64,000 nucleotides of DNA from IMG/VR virus record IMGVR_UViG_3300034782_000062, positions 32,001 to 96,000 of that record; one strand, 5' to 3'. Both the position numbers and the translations under genes were made by a program. Each line of letters starts with the position of its first letter. Within the stretch, counting starts at the first letter, position 1. Below the pieces are notes generated by a model. It searched no databases, had not been told where the DNA came from, and was given only the letters and a program-made list of their open reading frames with translations. Positions 34,372 through 43,664 of this stretch are shown piece by piece. Source of the stretch: a virus.

Positions 34372-36078
34372 ATGGCAGCTAACAAAAAGAATGGTAAGAA
34401 CATGCTTGCGCGTGTGCAGACCATCATCTCGGCGCGGGTTCCCGTGATCTGGTTTCTCACCGGTGAGGAGCAACGAGCCGAAAGTGGACTGGCAAATCTC
34501 GCGAAAAACATGGACTTCAAGGGGCACAAGGGAATCTGCGCTATCTGGTCTCTGACCAGTGGCCTGGACGGCAAGCCTGGTTGGACGCACGCTGATGGTT
34601 GGCTCGAAGAGCGAATCAACGGCAAGGCAGTCAACACGCCGATCCCCGACAATTTCGCTCCAAACGCTCAAATGGCTTCGAGCCCTCACGGGGCGATTCT
34701 CCAGGCTAAGAAATTTGCCCTGGAGAACAAAACGCAACCCATGATCCTCGTGGTCAGGGACGCTCACATGTTCATGGGTTCCGACCCGTGGCGGCGAGCG
34801 TTGAAGGACTGCGCCCGTGAGTTGCGCAACACGCTCACCACGGTTGTCCTGGTCTCGGTCTCCGACCAGATCAAGGATGACTTGCGGCGACACATTGCGC
34901 TGGTCAAGCCGGGATTGCCGAGTGTCGAGGTGTTGACTTCAAACGCCAAAAACGCTCTTGCAAAGCTCGGTGCAAAAGGCGTTCACCCCCGCGACTGTGC
35001 TCTCGCTTTACGAGGGTTAGGCGTGGGTCAAGCGACCGACTTGATCAAGCTCGACTTTGTCGAGCATGGCGACGTCGATCCAGAGCGTCTTAGTCGACTG
35101 AAGGCCGAAGAGCTTGCATCGGTCCACGGTGTGAGCTTCGAGGGTGAGGCCCATCAAATGGGCCAGGTCGGCGGGCTCGACCACTACAAGCGATGGCTCA
35201 ACAAGCGAACCCACGCCTTCACTCAAGCGGCGAGGGAGCGCGGTATCGATGAGCCCAAGGGTTGCGTTTTCGTCGGTGTGCCAGGGGGTGGAAAGACCCT
35301 CACGGCACGCGCCACGGCGGCAACGCTCAAACAGCCCTTGATCGTTCTCAACCTCAGCGAGTGTGAGGGCGGAATCGTTGGCGAGACTGCGACCAGAATG
35401 GCCGAAGCCTTGCGGACGGTCGATGCACTCGCCCCCTGCACCGTGCTGATCGATGAAATCGAGAAAGCGCTTGGCAGTGGCGGCGAGAATGACGGCGGGA
35501 GCAAGCGAACGCTGGTCCGCTTGCTCTTGATATGGCTCCAGGAGCGTCAATCTCAGGTGTTCACCTGCATCACCTCGAACGATATCAGCGGGCTCCCGCC
35601 CGAGCTGACTCGCAAGGGGCGCGTGGACGAAATCTGGTTTGTCGATCTGCCCAACCAGGCCGACCGCGAAACCATCCTCAACATTCACCTCAACAAGCGG
35701 AGTGAGCGCAAGCTCCCCGCGAAGTCGGTCAAGTCGATCGCTGGCAAGCTCGCCGGTTTCACGGGCAGTGAAATCGAGGAGTCGGTCAAAGAGGCAATCT
35801 TGACTGCGTGGGCTCGATACTGTGAGGGCGAGTCGAAAGACGACACTGTCACAACCGACGACGTCGTCGAGGCGGCGAAAGACATCGTTCCCATGAGCGT
35901 CACCTATGAGGCCAAGCTCGCCGCTCTTCGGGACTGGGCCAAGGGGCGCGCACGCCGCGCCAGCGACCCGGACCCCGATCAGGTCGAGAGCACGCCTGTT
36001 CGTCCCCAGGACGAAGGCGAAGCCCCCGCGCCCGGTACACCGATTTTCAATCGTGAAGCCCTGACCGACCCCTGGTGA
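34372..36078 (+). CDS. AAA+ ATPase, Ycf46-like (inactive N-terminal plus active C-terminal AAA domain)
   Basis: Walker A GVPGGGKT, Walker B LIDEIEK, sensor TSN, RKGRVDE, GFTGSEIE. Confidence 0.9.
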   Translation: MAANKKNGKNMLARVQTIISARVPVIWFLTGEEQRAESGLANLAKNMDFKGHKGICAIWSLTSGLDGKPGWTHADGWLEERINGKAVNTPIPDNFAPNAQMASSPHGAILQAKKFALENKTQPMILVVRDAHMFMGSDPWRRALKDCARELRNTLTTVVLVSVSDQIKDDLRRHIALVKPGLPSVEVLTSNAKNALAKLGAKGVHPRDCALALRGLGVGQATDLIKLDFVEHGDVDPERLSRLKAEELASVHGVSFEGEAHQMGQVGGLDHYKRWLNKRTHAFTQAARERGIDEPKGCVFVGVPGGGKTLTARATAATLKQPLIVLNLSECEGGIVGETATRMAEALRTVDALAPCTVLIDEIEKALGSGGENDGGSKRTLVRLLLIWLQERQSQVFTCITSNDISGLPPELTRKGRVDEIWFVDLPNQADRETILNIHLNKRSERKLPAKSVKSIAGKLAGFTGSEIEESVKEAILTAWARYCEGESKDDTVTTDDVVEAAKDIVPMSVTYEAKLAALRDWAKGRARRASDPDPDQVESTPVRPQDEGEAPAPGTPIFNREALTDPW

Positions 36079-36136
36079 GACCGCGCAAGCGTCTTCATTC
36101 TACAACGCATCGATCGTCCCCAGGACGGTCGATCCT

Positions 36137-36203
36137 CTCCGGCAAATGTGGTTCAATCGTCCCCAGGATGATTGAGCGGGTTCGACCCCCGCGTCGGAGA
36201 CCG
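36137..36203 (+). ncRNA. D-armless tRNA-like element 1
   Basis: 7-bp acceptor CTCCGGC/GTCGGAG, 9-nt linker with GG, 10-bp hairpin with CCA loop, T-arm GCGGG-TTCGACC-CCCGC, 3' A-CCG. Confidence 0.7.
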
Positions 36204-36247
36204 GGAAACAACAGCCGGCAATGTATCAAGCCGGCAGGAGGGACAAC

Positions 36248-37261
36248 ATGGCTAACGAGACAAACGGAACCGAGACCACCGAGGAGACCACCGAGGAGAC
36301 CACCGAGAGCACCCCCGAGATCGTTCATGTGATCGATCCCGAGTCTCTCGTCATCAAGTCGATTCTCCCCGGCATTCTCGTCAACCTGACCTGTCATATG
36401 CGGGGTGGGCGCGAGACGAAACGGGAGGACATCAAGGTCCGCAAGGGCAAGGGTGGTAAGAAAACCGAGACCTGGAAAGCAGTCCGCGTCATTTACGACG
36501 AGGACGAGCTAAAGCGGGCAGACAAAGAGCGGGCCAAGGTGCATCGTGACGTCAAAAAGCTCGGCTGCGAAACCGCCGTGGGGCTGATCGTCGCGGCACA
36601 CCGCAAGCAAGAGCTTGCGCAGACCCTCTCCGCTTGCCACAACCGGGTCAAGGCGTTCAACAAGACCGCTCAAACCATGGACCTCGTCTTTCGCTATGGT
36701 CTGTACAGTGTCGAGGGCAACAACAGCGGCACTATCGCGGCTGTCACCGAGCAGCTCGGCGACATCTTGGAGCGCGTCAATGGCGCAGTCCAGGCCGACG
36801 AGCAAGCGATCTTGGAGAACGCCCGCGCCAACCAGCTCGGCGACTTCAAGACCGCGAAAGAGGTCATGAAGGCCCCCCGCGAGCAGCGGATCGCCATCAT
36901 CGCCAAGATTCGGGCGGACCTCGCCCGCAAGGCGATCGCCGAAGCCAAGTCATTCTCCACTCTGCTCCCCGAAGAGGCCGGGCTCGCCGTGACCGACATG
37001 GTCGCTTCGATCCGCAAGTCGGCGACGGCTTGGGTCAAGGCGAGCAAGGAATCCGACGAAGAGTATGAGGCCGCGCTCAACACCGTGGACTCCGACATGA
37101 TCAGCGATATGCAGGCCGCGCTCGTCCAGGCGGCGGCACTCGCGGACCAGTCCGCCGAAGCCGAAACCGAAGCGATCGCCGACCAGGGCGACCTCTTCGG
37201 CGACGGCGAGGTGGAGGAGGAGATCGCGGGCGACGGCGACGACATGGTCGGCGCGATCTAG
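36248..37261 (+). CDS. Helical protein, possibly DUF3150-like
   Basis: GILVNLTCHMRGG...; follows the AAA module; GGAGG RBS. Confidence 0.6.
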   Translation: MANETNGTETTEETTEETTESTPEIVHVIDPESLVIKSILPGILVNLTCHMRGGRETKREDIKVRKGKGGKKTETWKAVRVIYDEDELKRADKERAKVHRDVKKLGCETAVGLIVAAHRKQELAQTLSACHNRVKAFNKTAQTMDLVFRYGLYSVEGNNSGTIAAVTEQLGDILERVNGAVQADEQAILENARANQLGDFKTAKEVMKAPREQRIAIIAKIRADLARKAIAEAKSFSTLLPEEAGLAVTDMVASIRKSATAWVKASKESDEEYEAALNTVDSDMISDMQAALVQAAALADQSAEAETEAIADQGDLFGDGEVEEEIAGDGDDMVGAI

Positions 37262-37326
37262 CTCGGTTCCGAAACATCGTTACCAACCCGAAACCGGCTC
37301 AATCGTCCCCAGGACGGTCGAGCCGC

Positions 37327-37394
37327 GCACGGCAAAGCAAGGATCGAACGTCCCCAGGACGGTCGAGCGGGTTCGACTCCCGCGCCGTGCCCCA
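37327..37394 (+). ncRNA. D-armless tRNA-like element 2
   Basis: Perfect 7-bp acceptor GCACGGC/GCCGTGC, 10-nt linker with GG, 10-bp hairpin (one mismatch) with CCA loop, T-arm GCGGG-TTCGACT-CCCGC, 3' C-CCA. Confidence 0.75.
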
Positions 37395-37425
37395 AATCAT
37401 CCCCAGGACGAAGCGAACGGGACGC

Positions 37426-37465
37426 AAAAAGCGCGAGGCTGGCTCGACCGGCCCGCGCTTTTTTT
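37426..37465 (+). terminator. Rho-independent (probably bidirectional) terminator
   Basis: AAAAAGCGCG-A-GGCTGG-CTCGA-CCGGCC-CGCGC followed by a T-run. Confidence 0.75.
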
Positions 37466-37638
37466 GCCGCTTCACTGAGCATTTCGAGGCGCGGTCTGCG
37501 CCTCACTAGCCTTTTTTTGCGATTCACTAACCATTTCGTTTCTCGGTGGCCCGATTGGGCTCCTCGGCTTGGGACCGTCCCTCCCTCACGGTTGGGGGGT
37601 CCAATCGAGTCACTGAGCAGCGAGAGAGGAGGGACAAC

Positions 37639-38322
37639 ATGATCGAGGTAAAGTGCCCGAAGTGCCGCGAGCGGCTAGCAGGTTATTTGGTGCCATTTGA
37701 AAAGGCATTAGCTTGCCGCTACTGGAACAAGGAAGAGAACGAGGGGGCTGTCATCCTCGCCAAAGGGACGACGATCAAGCTCGTCAAGCCCTGGCGACAG
37801 CAGAAGCGCGATGTGTTCGGCAAGAAGCAAAAGCGGGCTGCCCGCTGGCTCGCCAAGCACGACATCAGAATCGCCACTACGCACCACTACCGCAACGACT
37901 ACTGTGTCGCCGTCAACAACCACGACAACAACTCAGCCGATTCGGCGTGCCTCTGCGACATCCCCGAAGACGTTTACGAGCTTGGCGGACCCGGAGCCCA
38001 GGCTCACATCGACGAGGACCGCGTGCCGCTCCTCGAAATCCATCTGGAGGAGGAGAAAAAGGCCCGCGAGAAGGCTGAGGCTGAAGCCGAGGATCTGGCG
38101 ATCGCTCGTCGCATCGACAAGCAGCTCGCCCGCTTCGAGAAGCTCGGCATCAAGGCTCGCCGCTCGACTGGATTCCCCGGTATGCGTACCCGTTCGATCA
38201 GCATGGACCCCGACGAGATCGAGCGGGTCCTACTAACGCTGGAGCGCTACGTCGAGATGATGAACGAGAAGAAGGCGGCAGAGGCCGAGGGCGAGGCCGA
38301 AGCAGACACGACGACTCACTGA
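37639..38322 (+). CDS. Hypothetical protein with N-terminal CxxC
   Basis: Start MIEVKCPKC after GAGGAGGGACAAC. Confidence 0.75.
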   Translation: MIEVKCPKCRERLAGYLVPFEKALACRYWNKEENEGAVILAKGTTIKLVKPWRQQKRDVFGKKQKRAARWLAKHDIRIATTHHYRNDYCVAVNNHDNNSADSACLCDIPEDVYELGGPGAQAHIDEDRVPLLEIHLEEEKKAREKAEAEAEDLAIARRIDKQLARFEKLGIKARRSTGFPGMRTRSISMDPDEIERVLLTLERYVEMMNEKKAAEAEGEAEADTTTH

Positions 38323-38325
38323 GTA

Positions 38326-38410
38326 TTCCAGTTCGTTCCAGTGCCGTTCCAAAACTTTCCCGTCGGGGTGTGAAAGTCCCGACGGGAACCAACAGAGCGT
38401 CCCCAGGATG
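38326..38410 (+). promoter_or_regulatory. Regulatory cassette A: 4 phased TTCC boxes, hairpin, palindrome
   Basis: TTCC at 38326/38336/38347/38357; hairpin 38357-38388; CGTCCCCAGGATG at 38398. Confidence 0.6.
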
Positions 38411-38432
38411 GACGTAAAACAGGAGGGACAAC

Positions 38433-38798
38433 ATGTCTGAGCAAACCGAAGCACAGGGCAAGCCCATCGCCGCCACCTACGAGGGAATGCTCCAACTCGC
38501 CCTCGCTGGACGACGTGGGAGCTTAATGAAGGCTGCGCCGCTCCCCAAGCCCGAGGAGTGCACCGAAGAGGACATCCCTGTTCTTTGCAAGAACATCGAG
38601 TCACTGAACACTTTTATCGGCGAGCTGATCGACCTCGTCGGCGAGAAGGAGCGCAAGCTCAACCTCGCCTTGGAGGCCCACGCCATTCGCACCGAGGGGC
38701 TCGACGACATGCTCGAAACGCTCGACTCGATGCGCGCCCAGATCATCAGCGTGCGCGACGAGAGCGGCGAGCTACTCGAAGAGATGGACGCAGACTGA
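38433..38798 (+). CDS. Hypothetical coiled-coil protein
   Basis: RBS and ATG; 121 aa. Confidence 0.75.
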   Translation: MSEQTEAQGKPIAATYEGMLQLALAGRRGSLMKAAPLPKPEECTEEDIPVLCKNIESLNTFIGELIDLVGEKERKLNLALEAHAIRTEGLDDMLETLDSMRAQIISVRDESGELLEEMDAD

Positions 38799-38816
38799 CC
38801 ATCCCCAGGACGAATA

Positions 38817-38908
38817 TTCCAATCTGTTCCGGCGACATTCCAAACCATTCCCGGCAGGGTGTGAGAAGCCCTGGCGGGGACCACTAAACAACATGCGTCC
38901 CCAGGACG
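38817..38908 (+). promoter_or_regulatory. Regulatory cassette B, same architecture as A
   Basis: TTCC at 38817/38827/38838/38848; hairpin 38848-38880; CGTCCCCAGGACG at 38896. Confidence 0.6.
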
Positions 38909-38925
38909 CAGAGAGGAGGGACACC

Positions 38926-39171
38926 ATGAGATGTATGTGCGGAGGCTGCCACGACTGCCTGGCAGCACAAGGCGGATACGACATTCCCGAGGAGTGCCCA
39001 GTATGCGGAAAGCCCAACGCTGACGAGGATGGCGAGCCTGTGTATCCCCAGGACTCGGCATTCTGCTCGGAGCACTGCGCCAACGAGTACGCCGCTGACC
39101 AGCGCTTCCACGACCACAACCTCTACCTCGATTATGTCGAGACTGAGCGGCTCATCGAGGAGACGTCATGA
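38926..39171 (+). CDS. Small zinc-finger protein
   Basis: CMCGGCHDC, CPVC, FCSEHC. Confidence 0.7.
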   Translation: MRCMCGGCHDCLAAQGGYDIPEECPVCGKPNADEDGEPVYPQDSAFCSEHCANEYAADQRFHDHNLYLDYVETERLIEETS

Positions 39172-39581
39172 CTATCAAAGGACTAATCGACGACATCAAA
39201 GAGGCGAAGGAGTGCGTGCATGATGTCGGAGCGACTCCAGTTGCCGACATCATCACGACTTGCGATCAGGCCGACATGTGTCTTCAGGACGCTCTGATCA
39301 GACTCGAATCCCTGGACGGTGTGCCAACACGGCGGTTTGATGACTGGCTTCTCATCATCAACGAATCATACTCAGACTACGACGTCGAGGATCACGCAGC
39401 GTTCACACTGGCACAGTTCCTCGACGTTCTCATTAACCACTTCTCCATCCCACCGCCCTCGGAACAACCCGACTCTCCTCCCTACTACGAATGCCCATCG
39501 TGCGAGTTTCGCGATCGCGCACAGCCCGCTCGGTGTCCGTGCTGCGGTACTCCAGGTGATTCATTCGAGTTCGAGGAGTGA
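39168..39581 (+). CDS. Hypothetical protein with C-terminal zinc ribbon
   Basis: YECPSC...RCPCCG; ATGA coupling. Confidence 0.7.
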   Translation: MTIKGLIDDIKEAKECVHDVGATPVADIITTCDQADMCLQDALIRLESLDGVPTRRFDDWLLIINESYSDYDVEDHAAFTLAQFLDVLINHFSIPPPSEQPDSPPYYECPSCEFRDRAQPARCPCCGTPGDSFEFEE

Positions 39582-39658
39582 GTGACTTTCTCTCGCCGCT
39601 GGCCTTGGAGCTGGCAGCGAGGGACCAGCGGCGTCCCCAGGACGCGAGGAGGGATAAA

Positions 39659-40036
39659 ATGCTTTTTCCAAGAAGACGACGAGTCGTGACGGACATCAAG
39701 TCCGTCTCTCTGGAGGCTGGCGCCAAGCAACTCGCTCGCAAGCTCACCGAGATGACGTGGTGCGGCTGTAATGGGTTTCGTCTTGGGGATTATCTCTTCC
39801 TCAATGACTCGACGAGCCCGGACGGAGCCCAGGAGTACGCTGTCGTTCACGAGCCGAGCATGCTTCAGTGCGAGAGCATCACGTTTAGTTGGTGCAGCCG
39901 CGCCAAAGCACTCGAATACATCCTCAAGACGATTCGCGGCGAGTTCAAGCCGTGGCGCGAGCCCACCCTGCCCAAGCCTGGCCAGCTCATCATCCAGACC
40001 CAGGACGAACACGGGACCTGCGTTCACTGCGCATAG
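39659..40036 (+). CDS. Conserved mobile-element hypothetical protein (GFRLGDYLFLNDSTSPDGAQEYAVV)
   Basis: Palindrome and RBS precede the ATG at 39659. Confidence 0.7.
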   Translation: MLFPRRRRVVTDIKSVSLEAGAKQLARKLTEMTWCGCNGFRLGDYLFLNDSTSPDGAQEYAVVHEPSMLQCESITFSWCSRAKALEYILKTIRGEFKPWREPTLPKPGQLIIQTQDEHGTCVHCA

Positions 40037-40045
40037 GAGGCTCAA

Positions 40046-40363
40046 GTGAGACAAGCAAAACGAAACCTCATGGGCAGGCAAGAATGCGCGACCTGTGAGC
40101 AGGTCATCGAACCCCGTCAAGGCGAGGAATACCACGGCGCCTGCAAATGCTCCACTTGGCACTACTACGAAGAGGGCGGCTGGTATCATCTGGAATTTAT
40201 GGCGCACGTTTCGCGCCTTCGCGAGCGAGCCGAAAGCCATATCAGCCGCAGGACCACCACCGTTTTCGATGTTTGCTCAGAGCACGGGCAGATGCTCGAC
40301 AACGTCCAACACATGGAATGGCTCGTCCTCGCCGTCATGGACGAGCTGGAAGAGTGGAGATAA
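40046..40363 (+). CDS. Hypothetical protein
   Basis: GTG start after GGAGG; CATC/CKC. Confidence 0.6.
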   Translation: MRQAKRNLMGRQECATCEQVIEPRQGEEYHGACKCSTWHYYEEGGWYHLEFMAHVSRLRERAESHISRRTTTVFDVCSEHGQMLDNVQHMEWLVLAVMDELEEWR

Positions 40364-40392
40364 TCGTCCCCAGGACGAAGAAAGGAGATGAT

Positions 40393-40647
40393 ATGCCCCA
40401 AACCGAGCCGGTCGAAGCCGATTCTGTATGGACACAGTTCGGCGAAGCGATCGGAGCTTTCGTCAATCACCCGGACTACTACAAGGGTCGCTGGTTCGTT
40501 CAGTGGCGCGGCGGTCGTCGGGTCTGCTCGAATCACACCACCGCTTCCGCATGGTGCAAGTACCTGCGCCGCAACTTCAACGACGGCTGGACCGCAACCA
40601 TCGGTCGGGCCGACCCTCTGCCGGGATTCCCTCGGCGGCTCCATTAA
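40393..40647 (+). CDS. Hypothetical protein
   Basis: Palindrome and GAAAGGAG leader. Confidence 0.65.
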   Translation: MPQTEPVEADSVWTQFGEAIGAFVNHPDYYKGRWFVQWRGGRRVCSNHTTASAWCKYLRRNFNDGWTATIGRADPLPGFPRRLH

Positions 40648-40759
40648 CCTTTAACACCTTCTCTGTTGCAGCAGCTTTCGCGTGCAACAGGGACCAGTTT
40701 TTTTGTCAGAAGTCAGCAACTATGTTCGTCCTGTACAATGGACGAAGAAAGGAGCAGCC

Positions 40760-41233
40760 ATGCTTGCAGCATTGGTCGCAGAAGAAATCAAGCGTATGGA
40801 GCACGAGGACCAGTGCCCATGCCTCCCTTGCTCGATCAACTCGCTCCTACGTGACGTCGGTCGCTGGAAGCACATGCACGGGGAGTGCGACTGCCCGGTC
40901 TGTGAGCGCGGAATCGAGGCGATCACCAAGCACGGTAACGAGCTTGAGCGCATGAAGGCCGAGTACGAAAAGCGTCTTGAAGACGCAGACACAGACGACA
41001 TCGTCATCATCACACCTGAGCGGCACGCGCAGGCCGAAGAAGCTCGAAAGCTCATCCCCGTCATGGAAGCACAGATGGCGATGCTCGTCGCCACAATCGC
41101 TGAGCTTCTCGAAGACTTCCACCTCACTCTGAGAGCAGCCCACGCGGCTTTCGACGCCATCGCTGGCGAGCGGCAAGAGCCCGAGGCTGTTGTCGTTCGA
41201 CTTCAGCCTCGCCACGACTTCAGCATCAACTAG
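40760..41233 (+). CDS. Cys/His-rich protein with coiled coil
   Basis: GAAAGGAGCAGCC-ATG; CPCLPC...HMHGECDCPVC. Confidence 0.7.
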   Translation: MLAALVAEEIKRMEHEDQCPCLPCSINSLLRDVGRWKHMHGECDCPVCERGIEAITKHGNELERMKAEYEKRLEDADTDDIVIITPERHAQAEEARKLIPVMEAQMAMLVATIAELLEDFHLTLRAAHAAFDAIAGERQEPEAVVVRLQPRHDFSIN

Positions 41234-41509
41234 CTACCAATAGACAAACAAAAAATCCTCAAGACGGTTAGCTTTCGCGCCGCTTGAGGACCATGGTTCT
41301 CGACGCTGGAGGCGTCGGTATGCCGAGTTATCACGAATGAAGGCCAGGGTGGTAACGCCCCCATGTCACAGACGGGAGAAAGGCATGAAAAGGCCGACCG
41401 AGAAGGGAAGGCGTGGATGAAAGCCATCGAACCGGTGTAGATGGTGAGTAAGGTACGGCTTCGAGAATCATGTTTTTAGCGTCTACAGGACGCAGAGAGG
41501 AGGGATACC

Positions 41510-41938
41510 ATGAAGAAACGACAGTATGAAATGTATGTTGGGTTTGGAGTGCCCGGCGGACACTGGAACACCAAGTTCATCGAAGCCTCAACGCCCGAGG
41601 AGGCAGAAGAGAAGCTGCTCGAAAGACTGGACCGCGAAGGTGTTGAGCACGTCTCGTTTGTCGGCGTCTACCATGAGGGCGACATCATCGAGGACGGCGA
41701 AGACGATGAAGACGAGGACTGGAGCGCCTACTGCGACTACGAACTGAGCGACAACCAAAAGCAGTTCGTTCGGGACGCCGAGGAGCAGGGGCTCGAAATC
41801 AATTGGGACTATTCCGGTCGAGGCATGTTCGGAAAGTGCTGCCCCGCCGTCATGGTCGATGGGCTCGGCGAGTTTCACACGACAGCAAACTACGAGTCCG
41901 ATAGCATGGGGCTCGGGTTCGTCATCTACGCCCGGTAA
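41510..41938 (+). CDS. Hypothetical acidic two-domain protein
   Basis: RBS; YSGRGMFGKCCP motif. Confidence 0.75.
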   Translation: MKKRQYEMYVGFGVPGGHWNTKFIEASTPEEAEEKLLERLDREGVEHVSFVGVYHEGDIIEDGEDDEDEDWSAYCDYELSDNQKQFVRDAEEQGLEINWDYSGRGMFGKCCPAVMVDGLGEFHTTANYESDSMGLGFVIYAR

Positions 41939-42047
41939 TAATTCATCCCCAGGACTGAGTAATACGTTTTCTCTCGTTGGTCAGCTTTCGCGCAGCGAGG
42001 GACCATCGCGTCGCAGAATCTTTCGCGTCGCAGAGAGGAGGGATACC

Positions 42048-42743
42048 ATGTCTGATATGAAGTGCCCCAAGTGCGGGTACGACGGCGGTTGGTTCAGCAT
42101 TGAAGCGACATCCGTATTCCAAGTCGCCCCTGACGGCACTGACGATTATGGCGACGTCGAGTGGAACGATAACTCATCGTGCCAGTGCTCCGAGTGCTAT
42201 CACGAGGGAACGGTTATCGAGTTCACGCCAGTTCTTCCGCGAGTCAAAGAGAAGCTAATCGAACTGGCTGGCTACGTTGACTCGGCTGACATCCAGCTCA
42301 TCGACGCGATCCGGGGCATCGCCGACCACTGCGAATACAAAACCGAGAATCAGGTTTTCGATGAGCTGCTAAAACTCGGTCACGAGATCGTGGACGCCGA
42401 GTCGTTCGACGAACTGACGGTACTCGATCTGTTCATGTGCGCCCACTGGCTCACCCGATGCCAGTATCACGAGATCATTCTCTGCTACGACGATCGGAGC
42501 TGGGACAACGTCTATGTCCGCGCACCGTCCGCCGAGCAAGCGCGCCTCGTCGCCTACGACGAGAATTCTGCTCCCTACGCTTTCCATGTTCAAGAAATCC
42601 CCGAGACTGAGCTTTCCGACTACGCGATCGACATCGGAGAGCAGCCCTTCGACTGGAAAGAGGACCAAACTCAGCGTGCATTCGAGGAGGCCGGGAAGCT
42701 CGCTGACAGCGCCGTGGCAGATGCGCATCAGGAGGACGACTGA
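42048..42743 (+). CDS. Hypothetical protein with N-terminal zinc ribbon
   Basis: KCPKCG...CQCSEC. Confidence 0.75.
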   Translation: MSDMKCPKCGYDGGWFSIEATSVFQVAPDGTDDYGDVEWNDNSSCQCSECYHEGTVIEFTPVLPRVKEKLIELAGYVDSADIQLIDAIRGIADHCEYKTENQVFDELLKLGHEIVDAESFDELTVLDLFMCAHWLTRCQYHEIILCYDDRSWDNVYVRAPSAEQARLVAYDENSAPYAFHVQEIPETELSDYAIDIGEQPFDWKEDQTQRAFEEAGKLADSAVADAHQEDD

Positions 42744-42934
42744 TGGCAACACAGGACAGATGGAACAAGTGGGGCCAGCATTGGCTTGCCACGCTGGAGG
42801 AGATGGAAGAGAACGCCGAGTCACCCGACGAGGAGCTGACCACCTTCGAGCGCAACCTCAAAGAGCAGTTGCAAACTATGGTCGTCCGTCCCCAGGACGA
42901 GGAAGGAAAGGACCATGACACCGACCGAGATTGA
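42743..42934 (+). CDS. Small hypothetical protein
   Basis: TGATG coupling. Confidence 0.55.
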   Translation: MATQDRWNKWGQHWLATLEEMEENAESPDEELTTFERNLKEQLQTMVVRPQDEEGKDHDTDRD

Positions 42935-43229
42935 AATGCTCAAGCTCCACGACAAGTTCCTCGCATTTATTAAGCGAGGCAGAATCAAGTGGGAAATGCT
43001 GCCCATTAAGGACCACCCAGAGGCGATGGGCTACACCGGCACCTACGGACGATCTCCTCTCTGGCGTTTCGTTGTCGCTTCATTCGACATCGAGAACCAG
43101 GGCTTCCCCCCCGGATCCAAGGGCTATGATGGCACCGCGACCGATCTTAGCAGCGGGCGCGTCATCCATTTGCCCCGCGAGACCGCTACCGCTCTCGGCC
43201 AGGACGCTGAAAAGGCGTTTATTCAGTAA
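42915..43229 (+). CDS. Hypothetical protein
   Basis: Palindrome and RBS upstream. Confidence 0.7.
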   Translation: MTPTEIEMLKLHDKFLAFIKRGRIKWEMLPIKDHPEAMGYTGTYGRSPLWRFVVASFDIENQGFPPGSKGYDGTATDLSSGRVIHLPRETATALGQDAEKAFIQ

Positions 43230-43259
43230 AAATCCCCAGGACGAAGAAAGGAGCTGACA

Positions 43260-43598
43260 TTGCGCGTCTGGTATCCAATCCCCCCGCTCTGCCTCGACGG
43301 CCCGAGGCTCACGGGCGTTCACAACGAGATTCACGCCATTAACAACATCATCCTCGACCCCGAGAAGGGCTATCAACATCACCCCGAGGTCAACCGCTGG
43401 CGCGGCTTCCTACCCGCGCTCGCTGCCTATCACGACCTCGTCGTCCAAGAATCCTGGCGACGAGGCTGGAAGATGGGCACCAACCACAAGACACCACTCT
43501 TTCACGACGGCCCGGTCGTGTGGCCCGAATTCATCGAGCCGATCGAGGTCATGCGTGCCAAGCTCGCAGCAAAGTGGGCCGCAAAACTCGCCGCGTAA
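43260..43598 (+). CDS. Pyrimidine-dimer DNA glycosylase (T4 endonuclease V-like) family protein
   Basis: MRVW...P..L...RL.G.H.E.H...HHP...W.G...L..YH....E...RG....H.TP; TTG start after GAAAGGAG. Confidence 0.65.
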   Translation: MRVWYPIPPLCLDGPRLTGVHNEIHAINNIILDPEKGYQHHPEVNRWRGFLPALAAYHDLVVQESWRRGWKMGTNHKTPLFHDGPVVWPEFIEPIEVMRAKLAAKWAAKLAA

Positions 43599-43664
43599 TC
43601 CCCAAGACGAACATACATCCTCGGCGTGGTCAGCTTCCGCGCACGCCGAGGACCGAGGTACGAA

